Part shown: positions 47,615 through 57,301 of the stretch, piece by piece
How positions within the stretch are numbered: the first letter of the stretch is position 1
Layout of the letters: each line of letters opens with the position of its first letter
Source of the DNA: an uncultured Candidatus Saccharibacteria bacterium
GTDB taxonomy: Bacteria > Patescibacteriota > Saccharimonadia > Saccharimonadales > UBA4665
DNA length: 64,000 nt
Assembly: GCA_964494495.1 (NCBI GenBank)
Contig: CAZBQZ010000003.1
Location: 6,900 to 70,899 of the forward strand
Reading direction: 5' to 3'
Position numbers and translations under genes: made by a program
The notes under the pieces: generated by a model
Told to the model about the DNA's origin: nothing
The model's input: the letters and a program-made list of their open reading frames with translations, nothing else
Databases searched by the model: none

Positions 47615-49297
47615 TTATTGGTCGGATATTTGGCTAAGCATACCAGAATCGTACACGGTAGCCCCAGTACTGTTACTGAGCACCAGTTGTAAATCGGTGA
47701 TATTGTCGTAGTTGATGGTGGCGTCGTATGTGGCGTCGTCTATAACAACGGTAAAGGTTGCTGTGTTGCCCGTGGTGCTGGTTCGATCGCGCGGCAAGAA
47801 GTTTACATTTTTGATAACAATTGATCTTGGCGCAATGTTGGTTTTTTGCGCAAAGCCGCCAAGCGCCAACTTGATGTCGGTAATTTGAGCACTGGTAATA
47901 CCGTTGTCGACCAGCCTTTGTAACCCAGTGTAATCTGGCTCTGTCTGTAGTGGAGCATTACCCTGCTTATCGTTTAGTAGCTGGTACGCATTGATCCTTT
48001 GTGTGTCATTGCTTCCAGTAATGCCGCTAAACATAACACCTTGCGGCGTACCATAGACTTGCGAAGGCGCGATTACCTTTGACGTAAAAAGGCTTCGTAA
48101 CGAGAATTGCCCATTGGTTTTTGCCACAAAGCTATAGAGAGCGGCGCTTGTTGTCATATAGGTGGCGCCTTTGTAAGACGTCCATCCGGTGACATTAGAT
48201 AGGCTGTAAAGGAACGAAAATGTTCCACCACTGTAGTAATAAAAATCGTAACCGTCAGGTTGCTGGGCAATGTAGTAGCCAGTACTTATCTTGTAGACGG
48301 CGTCGGCCATAAATCCCTTGGGCAAGGTTATGGTACCTCGTAAATTACCCGCGAGGTCGTACTCGTACACATATGCTTGTGCGGGTGTTACGGTTTTTTG
48401 ATCTGATTGTTGTTCTAGGGTTTGTGGCTGCCCCTCGCCTGCGTCGCCATCGGTACTTCCAGAACCGGTATAGAGGACAATACCCTGATCGTTATCGGCA
48501 AAGCCGGCAATGTGGGCGGTTTTGGGTGGCGATACGATAGTGCCTGTAGTATCAGTGACTCCATGCATAATGTACAGTTTGTTGTTGTGACTAAACAGTA
48601 GTCCATATTGCGCTAAGGCTGGATCGCTGGGCATGACCAGCGCTGGCTGATCGCTTTCTATAAGCAAATTTGCGCTTGCGGGTAACGAAGCCGGAGTAAT
48701 GGTTTGGGCTACGACATCTAAATAAACCAAACGATTATCGGTTGTAAAACCTAGCAAGCCACCAGTATAAGGTGCTAACCCACTAAACTCCTGGCCGTTA
48801 AATAGCGTGCTGGTGGTCGAAACAAAAGCCGTAGACAAAGCGTGCTTGGTAACGGTTGTTTGTCCGCTGCAGGTATACGAGTACACGACACCCTGGACTG
48901 TAAACGGGCAGCTTTGGGTGCTGGTGGCCAGTTGTTTGATGCTTCGTTGCTCGCCCGACGGCGTGGTTAGTTGCACGGTTTTGTTACCGGTAATTGGAAT
49001 AACATCTACCGAAGAGACATTGCCGCTACTGGCGCTAACTTGCACAGTCCCCTTGCCAAGGCGATAGCTGCGCGTTTCTCCTGGAAGCATTGTTATCTTG
49101 GTGTCCTTAGTGTTTGGGCGCGATATAGTGACGGTAATTTGGCTGGTAGCGCCACCCGCCGTTGATCCCTTAATCTCTAGGATGCCCGAGTTTGCTCGAC
49201 CAACCAGCCATAGTACGACGAGCAAGACAACAAGCAGGCCGCCAGCAACAATTACACCAAACAATATTCGTTTTCTATTAAACTTTTGTGGTTCCAT
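47615..49297 (-). CDS. Membrane-anchored extracellular hypothetical protein (N-terminal TM, beta-rich), last gene of the T4SS-like cluster
   Basis: Single TM at about aa 11-33; S/T/G-rich beta-strand pattern; TAATG overlap with the upstream gene. Confidence 0.75.
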   Translation of the reverse strand: MEPQKFNRKRILFGVIVAGGLLVVLLVVLWLVGRANSGILEIKGSTAGGATSQITVTISRPNTKDTKITMLPGETRSYRLGKGTVQVSASSGNVSSVDVIPITGNKTVQLTTPSGEQRSIKQLATSTQSCPFTVQGVVYSYTCSGQTTVTKHALSTAFVSTTSTLFNGQEFSGLAPYTGGLLGFTTDNRLVYLDVVAQTITPASLPASANLLIESDQPALVMPSDPALAQYGLLFSHNNKLYIMHGVTDTTGTIVSPPKTAHIAGFADNDQGIVLYTGSGSTDGDAGEGQPQTLEQQSDQKTVTPAQAYVYEYDLAGNLRGTITLPKGFMADAVYKISTGYYIAQQPDGYDFYYYSGGTFSFLYSLSNVTGWTSYKGATYMTTSAALYSFVAKTNGQFSLRSLFTSKVIAPSQVYGTPQGVMFSGITGSNDTQRINAYQLLNDKQGNAPLQTEPDYTGLQRLVDNGITSAQITDIKLALGGFAQKTNIAPRSIVIKNVNFLPRDRTSTTGNTATFTVVIDDATYDATINYDNITDLQLVLSNSTGATVYDSGMLSQISDQ

Positions 49298-50670
49298 TAT
49301 TTTTTAGGCAACGCCTCCCATATTTTTAGCAGTAGATCCATAAAAGCTGGGTCGCGGCATTCGGCGTTGCCACCAGTGTGCGGTGTGCCGCTTTTGTCGA
49401 CACACCCGCGGTCGATGTGTAAGTGGGGCCCGCCCCCCCAGCACTTAGTACCATAGTCCGCCGTGGCTACTGTGCCAATTTTTTGTCCACCTTTTACTGT
49501 TACGCCATTAGCAATGCCAGGTGCTGCCAGCAAGTGTCCGTACCAGTAGTAGTGCTTGTCTTTGGTAGAGTAAAACTGAATTGAGTTGCAGTACTTTCCA
49601 TCCGCGCCGCAACTACTTGGGTTGCAATAGTGTGGGTTAAGGCTGTAGATTTTGCCGTCAGTAATTGCGTATTCATCTTGGCCAGCTACGCCTGCGTACA
49701 TGAGGTCAAACGCTGGCGACAGTGGTGCATGGTGGCAGGTGCGGATTTGCGCGCTGTTGCCGTACACGTCGGTGTAGGTGCCTGTGGTGCCACGCGCCGG
49801 GTAGCCTGGTACGACGCCTGCGGCGCTGCAGGGCAAACCAACGTAATCGCGTTGGTTGCGTGGGGCTAGTGGGAAGTAATAGCCGTCGGCGCTAACAGCG
49901 CCTTGGTCCCCGCCACAGTCTGTTGCCGCAGAGGGGTCAACGTTATTGGTCTGCGGTACGGATGATCCATAGTTAGTAAACACTTGCTTGGCATATTCTA
50001 TGCGCTTGACCATGGGCGGGTCGCCCATTTTTTCGCCGGCGATTTCGAACTGATCCTGAAAGTAGAAGGTTACAGCATCAATTGTTTGCATGTCAGCTGG
50101 TGGTGCGAGCATGGTTTTTAACACGGCGCCTTTGTTGCTATTGAGCTCGCTCCAGGTAAAATTGAGCTGCAAGGTTAGGTCGTCCCATGGTTTGTTCTGC
50201 GATTTAGCAAACGCCTGCAGATTATCCCACCGGCCATTAAGCCACTGGGCTATACCATGTGCTCCAATTGAGTTAATGTCGCCAGGGTTAACGTTGGACT
50301 CCTGCATAAAGTTGCCTACCATTGCCGAGGCATCTAGGGCGGCACGCTTGTCCCCCACCTTTACGAGTTCACCAGACAAAAAGTTAAATGCCTTTTGAAT
50401 ATTGTCGTTGCCGTTAAGGTTGACATTGGCGGTTTGGTCGACTGGCGAACATGCGGTTTGCGTAGGGTCGTACCAAGGACTGTCGGTTTGTAGGCTGTAG
50501 ATGTCTTCGGCGTCGGCGGCTTCTTCGTTGCCGGTGGTTGGTGTGGTAAATTCGGCGAATGCCTGATTGCTCGTTGTTGTTAGTACTAAGATGAGAACAA
50601 AAGCAGAAGTAACAGTAGCGATGCGCTTAAGGTATTGGCCAATATGGAGCCGCGAAAGACGCTGTTTCAT
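49297..50670 (-). CDS. Secreted bifunctional peptidoglycan hydrolase: phage-tail-lysozyme-type domain + M23-like peptidase
   Basis: N-terminal signal/TM; MVGNFMQES and GIAQWLNGR (phage tail lysozyme family); CHH...AFDL, YAITDGKI, YWYGHL, GQKIG and PHLHID (M23-like). Confidence 0.8.
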   Translation of the reverse strand: MKQRLSRLHIGQYLKRIATVTSAFVLILVLTTTSNQAFAEFTTPTTGNEEAADAEDIYSLQTDSPWYDPTQTACSPVDQTANVNLNGNDNIQKAFNFLSGELVKVGDKRAALDASAMVGNFMQESNVNPGDINSIGAHGIAQWLNGRWDNLQAFAKSQNKPWDDLTLQLNFTWSELNSNKGAVLKTMLAPPADMQTIDAVTFYFQDQFEIAGEKMGDPPMVKRIEYAKQVFTNYGSSVPQTNNVDPSAATDCGGDQGAVSADGYYFPLAPRNQRDYVGLPCSAAGVVPGYPARGTTGTYTDVYGNSAQIRTCHHAPLSPAFDLMYAGVAGQDEYAITDGKIYSLNPHYCNPSSCGADGKYCNSIQFYSTKDKHYYWYGHLLAAPGIANGVTVKGGQKIGTVATADYGTKCWGGGPHLHIDRGCVDKSGTPHTGGNAECRDPAFMDLLLKIWEALPKK

Positions 50671-53138
50671 TATAGCGCCCCTGTTAGGTGTGCGGTGTCG
50701 TAGCTTTCGGCCATGTAGACGCGCCAGTGTAATGCTTCGTCACTACGGAGGGTTCCTTCCGAACAATCAGCATCGGTGGGTTTTTGCGTCTGCAATATGT
50801 ATGCTGGGTCGTAGCATGGGCCGTATTTTTTGTTAAGGGTATCCAGATTTGGTTCGATGGTCTCAATCAGGCCGGGGTGTGCTGCATCATTGCTGGCTAC
50901 ATCAAAGCTAGGGTCGTCGTCTATGCGATTAAGTTCATCTAAAGTCCAACCCCAGTTGTCTATACCGTAGGAGTCAGGTCGCATAACAGTAGCTGCAGCA
51001 AAGGCATGATTGCGCGCCGTAAAGATTCCGGCTAGGCTACCAATAAGCCGCTGGGGCGATCCAATAACCGACATTACAGATGTTAAACCGCTTTGGATAG
51101 ACGAAGCCATGCCGCTAAACGATGACGGCACCATGCCTACAACATTGCCGAGGAGCGAATACGGATTGTCGATTGCAAAGTAGCGTTCGCTGAACGGGCT
51201 TTGACTATTTTTGTCACGCAAGTCGGCGTAAGCCACAATATTGCCGTCGGCTGCTTCTTGGGCATTCATGGGTGCGCCGAACGTCATTTGACGATTGCCC
51301 ACCTGCTGTGTGTAATCTTCGGCAACGGCATTTTGATTGTAGCGGTCGGCACCGGTGGCCAGGCCCGAGAAGCTATTTTCGTCATGAATAAGGCTGTCTA
51401 TGAGGCTGCCAATTAACTCGCCAATACCCACACTGGCGCCGAACTGCACTGCACCCTCGACGGCAGCACGGATAGCTTGAGCGACACCCTCCTCGGTGCC
51501 GGCCGTAATAACGGCTATGGTTATTTCGGCGAGTGCTTCGCCGTCCTGCACGTACTCGTTAAGCAGTGCGTCGCAGCCAACATTTACAATACTGTCATGT
51601 ACTTTGCCCAGGCCTGGTATGACGCCGGTGAGCACACTACCAGTTAATACTTGATCGGCAAGCGCTACGGCGTCTTTAAACTGGACGCCGGGCGGCAGGA
51701 CGCTGGGTATGGCTGCCATCTGGGCTTGATCGGCAGTGCTAAGTGGTTGGCCCGTGGCTTGTTTAAAGAGTGCTGCACTTTGAGCGTCTTCGGTGCCTCC
51801 CCGCCCATCCCAGAATGCATTTTCGGCACCCACTGCCTGCTGTGTGGTGTCACCGGTTTTAGTTTGGTCGGCGCTGGTTTGGGTTTCGGCTCCCATGCGG
51901 GCTACTTGCTGCTCGCGCCCAGCGGAGTCGATCGAGTTATTTAGCGAGTGTAGGACACACACCAGTGTAATGATGGTTACTGCCGCAGATGCACTGCGTA
52001 CGCCACGAATTCGTCCGGCAAGCTTGCTACGCACCTCGCCCGGCGTGGTGTTTCTAACATAGGCGTCTATGTCGGCCTGTCGTTGTTTTTCGCGGTTTTC
52101 GTCAATATCGGAGTTGCCGGTTTTTGGTGCTTGTTCGCCGCCCTCTACCTGCTCGACAGTATCGGTGGCGTTTTTAGCTCGAGCTTGTTCGTCGTTGAGG
52201 TTATTGTAATCCTTACCCTTGTTAAACCACTTAACCAGGCGAATGCCTGTTGCCTGGTAGAACCCTTTGTAGACGCCCCACCTAAAGCGTCGGTTATTAA
52301 GTTGGAGAGCTTCGGTTAAGTTGGCCTTTACGTCTTGTGCAAAAGCGGACCTCACCTTGCGCGCTTGCGACCTAGAGAGATCGTCGTAATTGTCTTTTTG
52401 AAACAGCTTGTTGGCGTAGTCGTCTAAGTAGTAGCCTTTGCCATCAACCACCACCCCCTGAAACGAGTTAGTGCGGCCCAAAACACCGCCCCATCCTCGG
52501 TTAGCACCCTTAAAATCAAACTTGAGCACGTCATCGTTGCCTAGCTGTGCCAATTGTTTTTGAGGATTTATGCCGACAAGTTTATAAAACAGACTGCTTT
52601 GCGGCGGTTGAAACCGGCCGGTGCTGTTGCTGGTAAGGACTGACGCGTCAAAGATAGTGCGCGAGAACTGCCTGTCCATAACATAGGTAAACCGTGCCAT
52701 ACCAATTGAGCGCAAGATAGTTGCAAAGTGTACATTTTTGTAAGGGGCAATGAGCAGCACCATGATAATAACAACGCCAAAAAACAAGAACACACCACCC
52801 GCGCCTGCGCCAGCAAACATCAGCGTTTTTTTGTGGCGATTTAAAAAGCCTCCGGCATCTTTTTTACCGCCAACTTTTTGTTTCATAAATTTGGTGTGGT
52901 CGCCTGGGCCTTCGCGGTCGCCTGGCTTGTAAAAGCCGCCATTAAGCGGGTCAAATTTTGGCTTTTCTTTCTTGCCCCCTTCTTGTTTCTTTAGATCGGA
53001 GGGGCTAGTATCTTTGCCTTGTCCGCCACCGGTAACGCCTATGTTTTTTTCTTCGGCGGCGCTAAGGTCTCTGCCGCTTTGTATAGGTTGGTCATCGTCG
53101 TAGATTTGGTGTTTGTCGCGCCCGTCAACCAAAGCCAT
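50670..53138 (-). CDS. Large membrane protein of the T4SS-like cluster, function unknown
   Basis: 822 aa; charged N-tail, TM at about aa 105-130, further hydrophobic helices; tightly spaced with virB4 (9-nt gap) and coupled to the hydrolase gene by a TAATG overlap. Confidence 0.75.
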   Translation of the reverse strand: MALVDGRDKHQIYDDDQPIQSGRDLSAAEEKNIGVTGGGQGKDTSPSDLKKQEGGKKEKPKFDPLNGGFYKPGDREGPGDHTKFMKQKVGGKKDAGGFLNRHKKTLMFAGAGAGGVFLFFGVVIIMVLLIAPYKNVHFATILRSIGMARFTYVMDRQFSRTIFDASVLTSNSTGRFQPPQSSLFYKLVGINPQKQLAQLGNDDVLKFDFKGANRGWGGVLGRTNSFQGVVVDGKGYYLDDYANKLFQKDNYDDLSRSQARKVRSAFAQDVKANLTEALQLNNRRFRWGVYKGFYQATGIRLVKWFNKGKDYNNLNDEQARAKNATDTVEQVEGGEQAPKTGNSDIDENREKQRQADIDAYVRNTTPGEVRSKLAGRIRGVRSASAAVTIITLVCVLHSLNNSIDSAGREQQVARMGAETQTSADQTKTGDTTQQAVGAENAFWDGRGGTEDAQSAALFKQATGQPLSTADQAQMAAIPSVLPPGVQFKDAVALADQVLTGSVLTGVIPGLGKVHDSIVNVGCDALLNEYVQDGEALAEITIAVITAGTEEGVAQAIRAAVEGAVQFGASVGIGELIGSLIDSLIHDENSFSGLATGADRYNQNAVAEDYTQQVGNRQMTFGAPMNAQEAADGNIVAYADLRDKNSQSPFSERYFAIDNPYSLLGNVVGMVPSSFSGMASSIQSGLTSVMSVIGSPQRLIGSLAGIFTARNHAFAAATVMRPDSYGIDNWGWTLDELNRIDDDPSFDVASNDAAHPGLIETIEPNLDTLNKKYGPCYDPAYILQTQKPTDADCSEGTLRSDEALHWRVYMAESYDTAHLTGAL

Positions 53139-53147
53139 GCCGAATAC

Positions 53148-55049
53148 CTACAGGCTTCCTGGTGTCAGTTTATTTGCCAAATCGATGGTACCACCAACTT
53201 TATCCATACTGCCGGCCTGTATTTGCTGAACTTGGGCGGGGTTGGTAGTAATAAGTGTGGTCTCGGTAGGGCTGGCTACCACCTGGATGTGTACGTGGTT
53301 TTGGCCGGCAAAAAACAGTCCCTGGCCTACCGGGAATTGGCTTAGGCGTTTCTTTTCTTCGCTCGTTAGTTTAAAGACGTCGGCAAGCACGTCTACCGCC
53401 GATGGTGATTGTTTTAGTAAAAATTGCATGCTGGCGTTGGCGACAATGGCGCGGCCCATGCGCGATCCCATAAAGTCTTCAACGTCTTGAGTAATAGTGG
53501 TTATGCCCAAGTTGTACTTGCGGGCTCGTTTAGCTAGGCTAAACAAGAAGTTGGCCGAGTCTTCGTATTTCATCAACTGCCAAGCCTCGTCTACAATAAG
53601 GAGGCGTTTTTTGCGATCGGTTTTGGTCTTGTTCCAGATGTAATTAAGCACGATGTACATGGCAACAGGGCGCAATTCGTCTTCTAGATCGCGAATGTTA
53701 AAGACTACCAGCGGGTTGTTAATGTCGATGTTGCTTTGTTGGCTAAATATACCGGCAAATGTTCCTGTGGTGTATTTGCGCAGACGTTGAGCCAATTGGG
53801 GGCCAGTGCCGCTCATGTGTAACAGCGTGTCGTAGAGGTCGGCAATAGTTGGAGGCAAACCCTGGTGTGTCAGTGGGTCGTTAGTAATGCCGGCGCGTGC
53901 ATAGGTTTCTATGAGCGCGGCGTCTAGGTCGGATTCTTCGACCGGACTGAGCGCCGGTGCCATAACGGCATTGCCGCCTTGCATTTGAGCTTGTGCACCA
54001 CCCATCATCAGACGCAACAAGCCGTGTAGAGTGATGAGGTTGCTGCGCAACGCATTGTCCGCTTCTTCGCTGTCTACTACGCGCGGTAAGTCAAACGGAT
54101 TGATACGCGTGGCCGAACTTAGGCTTAGGCGAATATAGGCGCCGGCAACAGCGTCGCTCATACGTTCGTATTCGTTTTCGGGGTCGATGATAAATATTTC
54201 AGTGCCCATCATCATGCTGCGCAGTGCCTCGAGCTTGACGGTAAACGACTTACCGGCGCCAGACTTAGCAAAGACCACCGAGTTGCCATTTTCTAGGCTA
54301 AAGCGATCAAAAATAACGAGTCCGGAGTTGTGCATGTTAATACCGTACAAAATGCCGCTGTCTTGGCTTAAATCGGCCGAGGTAAACGGAAAGCTAGTAC
54401 TAATAGCGCCCGTGCTCATGTTGCGCCTAATTTGTAGTTGGTCGGTAAATTGCGGCACAGTGCTGTTAAGCCCCTGCTCTTGCTGCGAGCTGGCAGGCTT
54501 GCTAAATACCAACTGTTGTCCGAGCATGGATTCTACCTTATGACTAACAAACTCCAGCTCTTCCAGACTGCCGGCATACACGGTAAAGTAAAAGCCAAAA
54601 CGGAAGAAGCGCTCTTCGCCAACCTGCAGTTTGTCACGCATTTCTTCGGCGTCCAAAATAGCAGCCTGCTTTTGTGGGTCGCGCACACGGCCCTTTTCGG
54701 AGTCAATTTGAATACCGGCTTCCAGCTGGGTGACTTTTTTGCGTAGGTTGTCGAGCACCACCTGGCTTTCTACCGGATATATAAAGAGAGATATATCAAT
54801 AACTTCGTCTAAGTTGACCATGCTGCTCATCCACCCGGTGTACAACTGACGGGGGTAGCCGTATACGTAGTACGTGCGCGCTAGGCGGGTGCCAAGCTGG
54901 AAATAGCTGCTATTAAGCTCAATAGAACTGGGCGCAATAAAGTCGCGCAGTGCGGTAATGCCCTTTTGAAATGCAGCTGCTACTTCTTGTTGCTCGCGTT
55001 GTTGCTGTGCCTGTGCCAGCGCAACCGGATCCATTTGTTTTTTAGCCAT
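53148..55049 (-). CDS. virB4: VirB4/TraE-like type IV secretion ATPase
   Basis: Walker A variant AKSGAGKS, IIDPENEY, INPFD, Walker B LLIVDEAW, KRARKY and TQDVEDF; start set at ATG 55049. Confidence 0.92.
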   Translation of the reverse strand: MAKKQMDPVALAQAQQQREQQEVAAAFQKGITALRDFIAPSSIELNSSYFQLGTRLARTYYVYGYPRQLYTGWMSSMVNLDEVIDISLFIYPVESQVVLDNLRKKVTQLEAGIQIDSEKGRVRDPQKQAAILDAEEMRDKLQVGEERFFRFGFYFTVYAGSLEELEFVSHKVESMLGQQLVFSKPASSQQEQGLNSTVPQFTDQLQIRRNMSTGAISTSFPFTSADLSQDSGILYGINMHNSGLVIFDRFSLENGNSVVFAKSGAGKSFTVKLEALRSMMMGTEIFIIDPENEYERMSDAVAGAYIRLSLSSATRINPFDLPRVVDSEEADNALRSNLITLHGLLRLMMGGAQAQMQGGNAVMAPALSPVEESDLDAALIETYARAGITNDPLTHQGLPPTIADLYDTLLHMSGTGPQLAQRLRKYTTGTFAGIFSQQSNIDINNPLVVFNIRDLEDELRPVAMYIVLNYIWNKTKTDRKKRLLIVDEAWQLMKYEDSANFLFSLAKRARKYNLGITTITQDVEDFMGSRMGRAIVANASMQFLLKQSPSAVDVLADVFKLTSEEKKRLSQFPVGQGLFFAGQNHVHIQVVASPTETTLITTNPAQVQQIQAGSMDKVGGTIDLANKLTPGSL

Positions 55050-55050
55050 A

Positions 55051-56037
55051 CTAACCAAGCTCCCTTTGTAAGTGCGCCTGTGGGGCACTGCCCTGACCCT
55101 TGGTGATAATGTCGGCATTTAGATTACCAAAGTTTTTGAGTTGTTGGCGGGTGGCGGTGTCGGGGTTGTAGGTGTCGTAGTACAGCTCAATGAGCTCTTG
55201 TGTATCGAGGGGTAGGCCCTGAATACCCGATTGCAACAGACCGGCTAGCACCGATTGCACACGGTTGCGCAGTTCGGTTTTGGCTTTTTCTAGGTCGGCT
55301 TCGTTAATAACAACGTGTTTTTCTTTGGAGTTAAATAGATCTAAAAAGCCAGTAAAGAAGTTTTTACTTTGGGTAATAGCCTTTTGAATTTCGATGTGTG
55401 GGAAGTACGGAATAACCACATAGAACTTTTTGTCCATGATGTTGGTTTGCCGAGACAAAAGATCGATATACGAGATGTAATCCTCCATGAGCATTGCCAG
55501 GAGCATGTTGTCGTGCTCGGTGCGGATTTTATCGAGTTTTTCGATGTATGATTGCAGATCAACTTTTTGCGAACGAATAAATATTTGTATTGGAAAATAA
55601 AGCGAGTTAAGAAAACCCTGGTACGAATATTCGACAGCTTCTTGCTCTTGCGGACTCATAAGATCAAAGTTGACGGATTTGACCATCACTACAGAACGGA
55701 ACGAGCCATCGCTCATAATGACAATCCCGTCGCGGATTTCGGCAATTTGCAATGTATTTTGCGTGCTGTTGGGGTTACTGTGGTGAACCGGTTGGGCAAT
55801 TGGGCGTCCGTCTGGGCCAGTTGCAGTGCTAACGGTAGCCCCTGCTCCAGTTGCTGGAGCACCCGGCATGCCAACTGTATTAGTTAAAGCCGCGGCTTGA
55901 TGTGTAAGGTCGCTCACGGCGAGTGGCGGATGTGCTTGCGGCATAGGCTGTTGTACGGTTGGCTGAGGTTGCGGGATATATGGCATGCCAGGCGCAGGAG
56001 CGCCGGCGTTGGGTTGATTGGGTGCGTTTGGGTTCAT
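55051..56037 (-). CDS. T4SS accessory protein resembling the N-terminal non-ATPase part of VirB4/TraE; P/Q-rich N-tail
   Basis: STQNTLQIAEIRDGIVIM, VNFDLMSPQEQ and FLNSLYFPIQI pattern; lies between prgI-like and virB4. Confidence 0.7.
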   Translation of the reverse strand: MNPNAPNQPNAGAPAPGMPYIPQPQPTVQQPMPQAHPPLAVSDLTHQAAALTNTVGMPGAPATGAGATVSTATGPDGRPIAQPVHHSNPNSTQNTLQIAEIRDGIVIMSDGSFRSVVMVKSVNFDLMSPQEQEAVEYSYQGFLNSLYFPIQIFIRSQKVDLQSYIEKLDKIRTEHDNMLLAMLMEDYISYIDLLSRQTNIMDKKFYVVIPYFPHIEIQKAITQSKNFFTGFLDLFNSKEKHVVINEADLEKAKTELRNRVQSVLAGLLQSGIQGLPLDTQELIELYYDTYNPDTATRQQLKNFGNLNADIITKGQGSAPQAHLQRELG

Positions 56038-56054
56038 TATGTAAAGCCAACCTC

Positions 56055-57254
56055 TTAGTGCAATTTAATAACTACTTCATCTTGCGGCGCTGCCCGTTCC
56101 GCTTCGCGGGCAATAGTTGCAACATTGAGATCGTTATTCCGAGATAGTTGTAGTATAGCAGCCTGGCCCTGCGGCGTCACTGCGGGCGGTTCTTGCGGTG
56201 CAGAAACAAGTGGTGCTTGCGGACCGGGGCTGGGCGAAACCAGAGGTAGTGCTTGCGGTGCAGACGTAACGGCTGTCGGTTGCTGCACGGCTCCCTGTTG
56301 AACACTGGGCTGTTGCATTGGTGTGCCTTGAGCAGAGAGCGGTTGGATGGTGTGCAAATGTCCGTAGTAGGAGGTGGTAGGCAGCGATTGACGGCGAGCG
56401 TCAAGCTCGGCAACAATATGTGCTTCGTCGGCAAATGGGTCGGCTGCTGTTTGTTGGGTTTGTGGTTGTGCCGCGCTTGCTGGCTGTGCAGAACTGGGCG
56501 TGACTACCTGCGTATTAAATGTCACCATATTGCCGGGTACACTGGCGCCCTGTGCCGGTTGGTTTAAAAACCAAAAATCGCGTGCCGGTGCGGGCGCTGG
56601 CGCTTCTTGCATGCGTTGCATAATTTGCTCGCGGTGGACTTTAGCGCTTTCCGAAATCATAGTGTCTACGCGATGAGCATCGCGATTGTTCTTTTCGTCC
56701 AGAATGTCGTCTGACGCCATGACTTCTACATTGGATACCGGCTGGGGCAATGCGCTGGGCCCAATAAGGCGGTCGGATTGGGGCTCGACCATGGTTAGCG
56801 ATTGTTGTGAATACAGATTTAGGTTGGCGTTTTTAATAGCCCAACCCCGGCTGTCGATAGTCTCGGCCAGGGCACGCAGGCGGCTTTGTACTTCGGTTTG
56901 TGACAAGCCGTTGGTGTACTCGATATGGACCTGCTTTGGAACAGTTACTGTTACCAGCTCCTTAACGCCGCTTTGGTCCCAAATGCGTCGCCGCGGTTTG
57001 ATAAAAAATCTGATTTTGGCTAATGCCCAAATTTCGGTTGGTTGGTCCCTGCCCCAAGGGAAAGCAAAAAAAGCCGATACAACAGCAATTGGCATAAAGA
57101 TGGCTAGTGCAAACGTCGCATGATGTGTTGCCAAAAAGTAACTTAAATACAAGCAAATAGCCGCTACGCCAGCATAAATAAACTGGCGTAACGACAAAGG
57201 CCCAATAAGTTTGTCCTCAGCCTCTATGTCCTGAATAACCTTATAGGTAGACAT
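56055..57254 (-). CDS. PrgI/VirB3-like membrane protein with long P/Q-rich C-terminal extension
   Basis: YKVIQDIEAEDKLIGPLSLRQF PrgI signature plus two TM helices; TATACT 9 nt upstream of the ATG. Confidence 0.82.
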   Translation of the reverse strand: MSTYKVIQDIEAEDKLIGPLSLRQFIYAGVAAICLYLSYFLATHHATFALAIFMPIAVVSAFFAFPWGRDQPTEIWALAKIRFFIKPRRRIWDQSGVKELVTVTVPKQVHIEYTNGLSQTEVQSRLRALAETIDSRGWAIKNANLNLYSQQSLTMVEPQSDRLIGPSALPQPVSNVEVMASDDILDEKNNRDAHRVDTMISESAKVHREQIMQRMQEAPAPAPARDFWFLNQPAQGASVPGNMVTFNTQVVTPSSAQPASAAQPQTQQTAADPFADEAHIVAELDARRQSLPTTSYYGHLHTIQPLSAQGTPMQQPSVQQGAVQQPTAVTSAPQALPLVSPSPGPQAPLVSAPQEPPAVTPQGQAAILQLSRNNDLNVATIAREAERAAPQDEVVIKLH

Positions 57255-57301
57255 TACCTATATAGTATACCCGAGTTAGTGACTGGCTTGTAGGGGCCTG
57301 T

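Noticed and set aside
49433-49439. C7 homopolymer as a phase-variation switch in the hydrolase gene
   Set aside because: Short tract, in frame, explained by the Trp-Gly-Gly-Gly codons before the PHLH motif.
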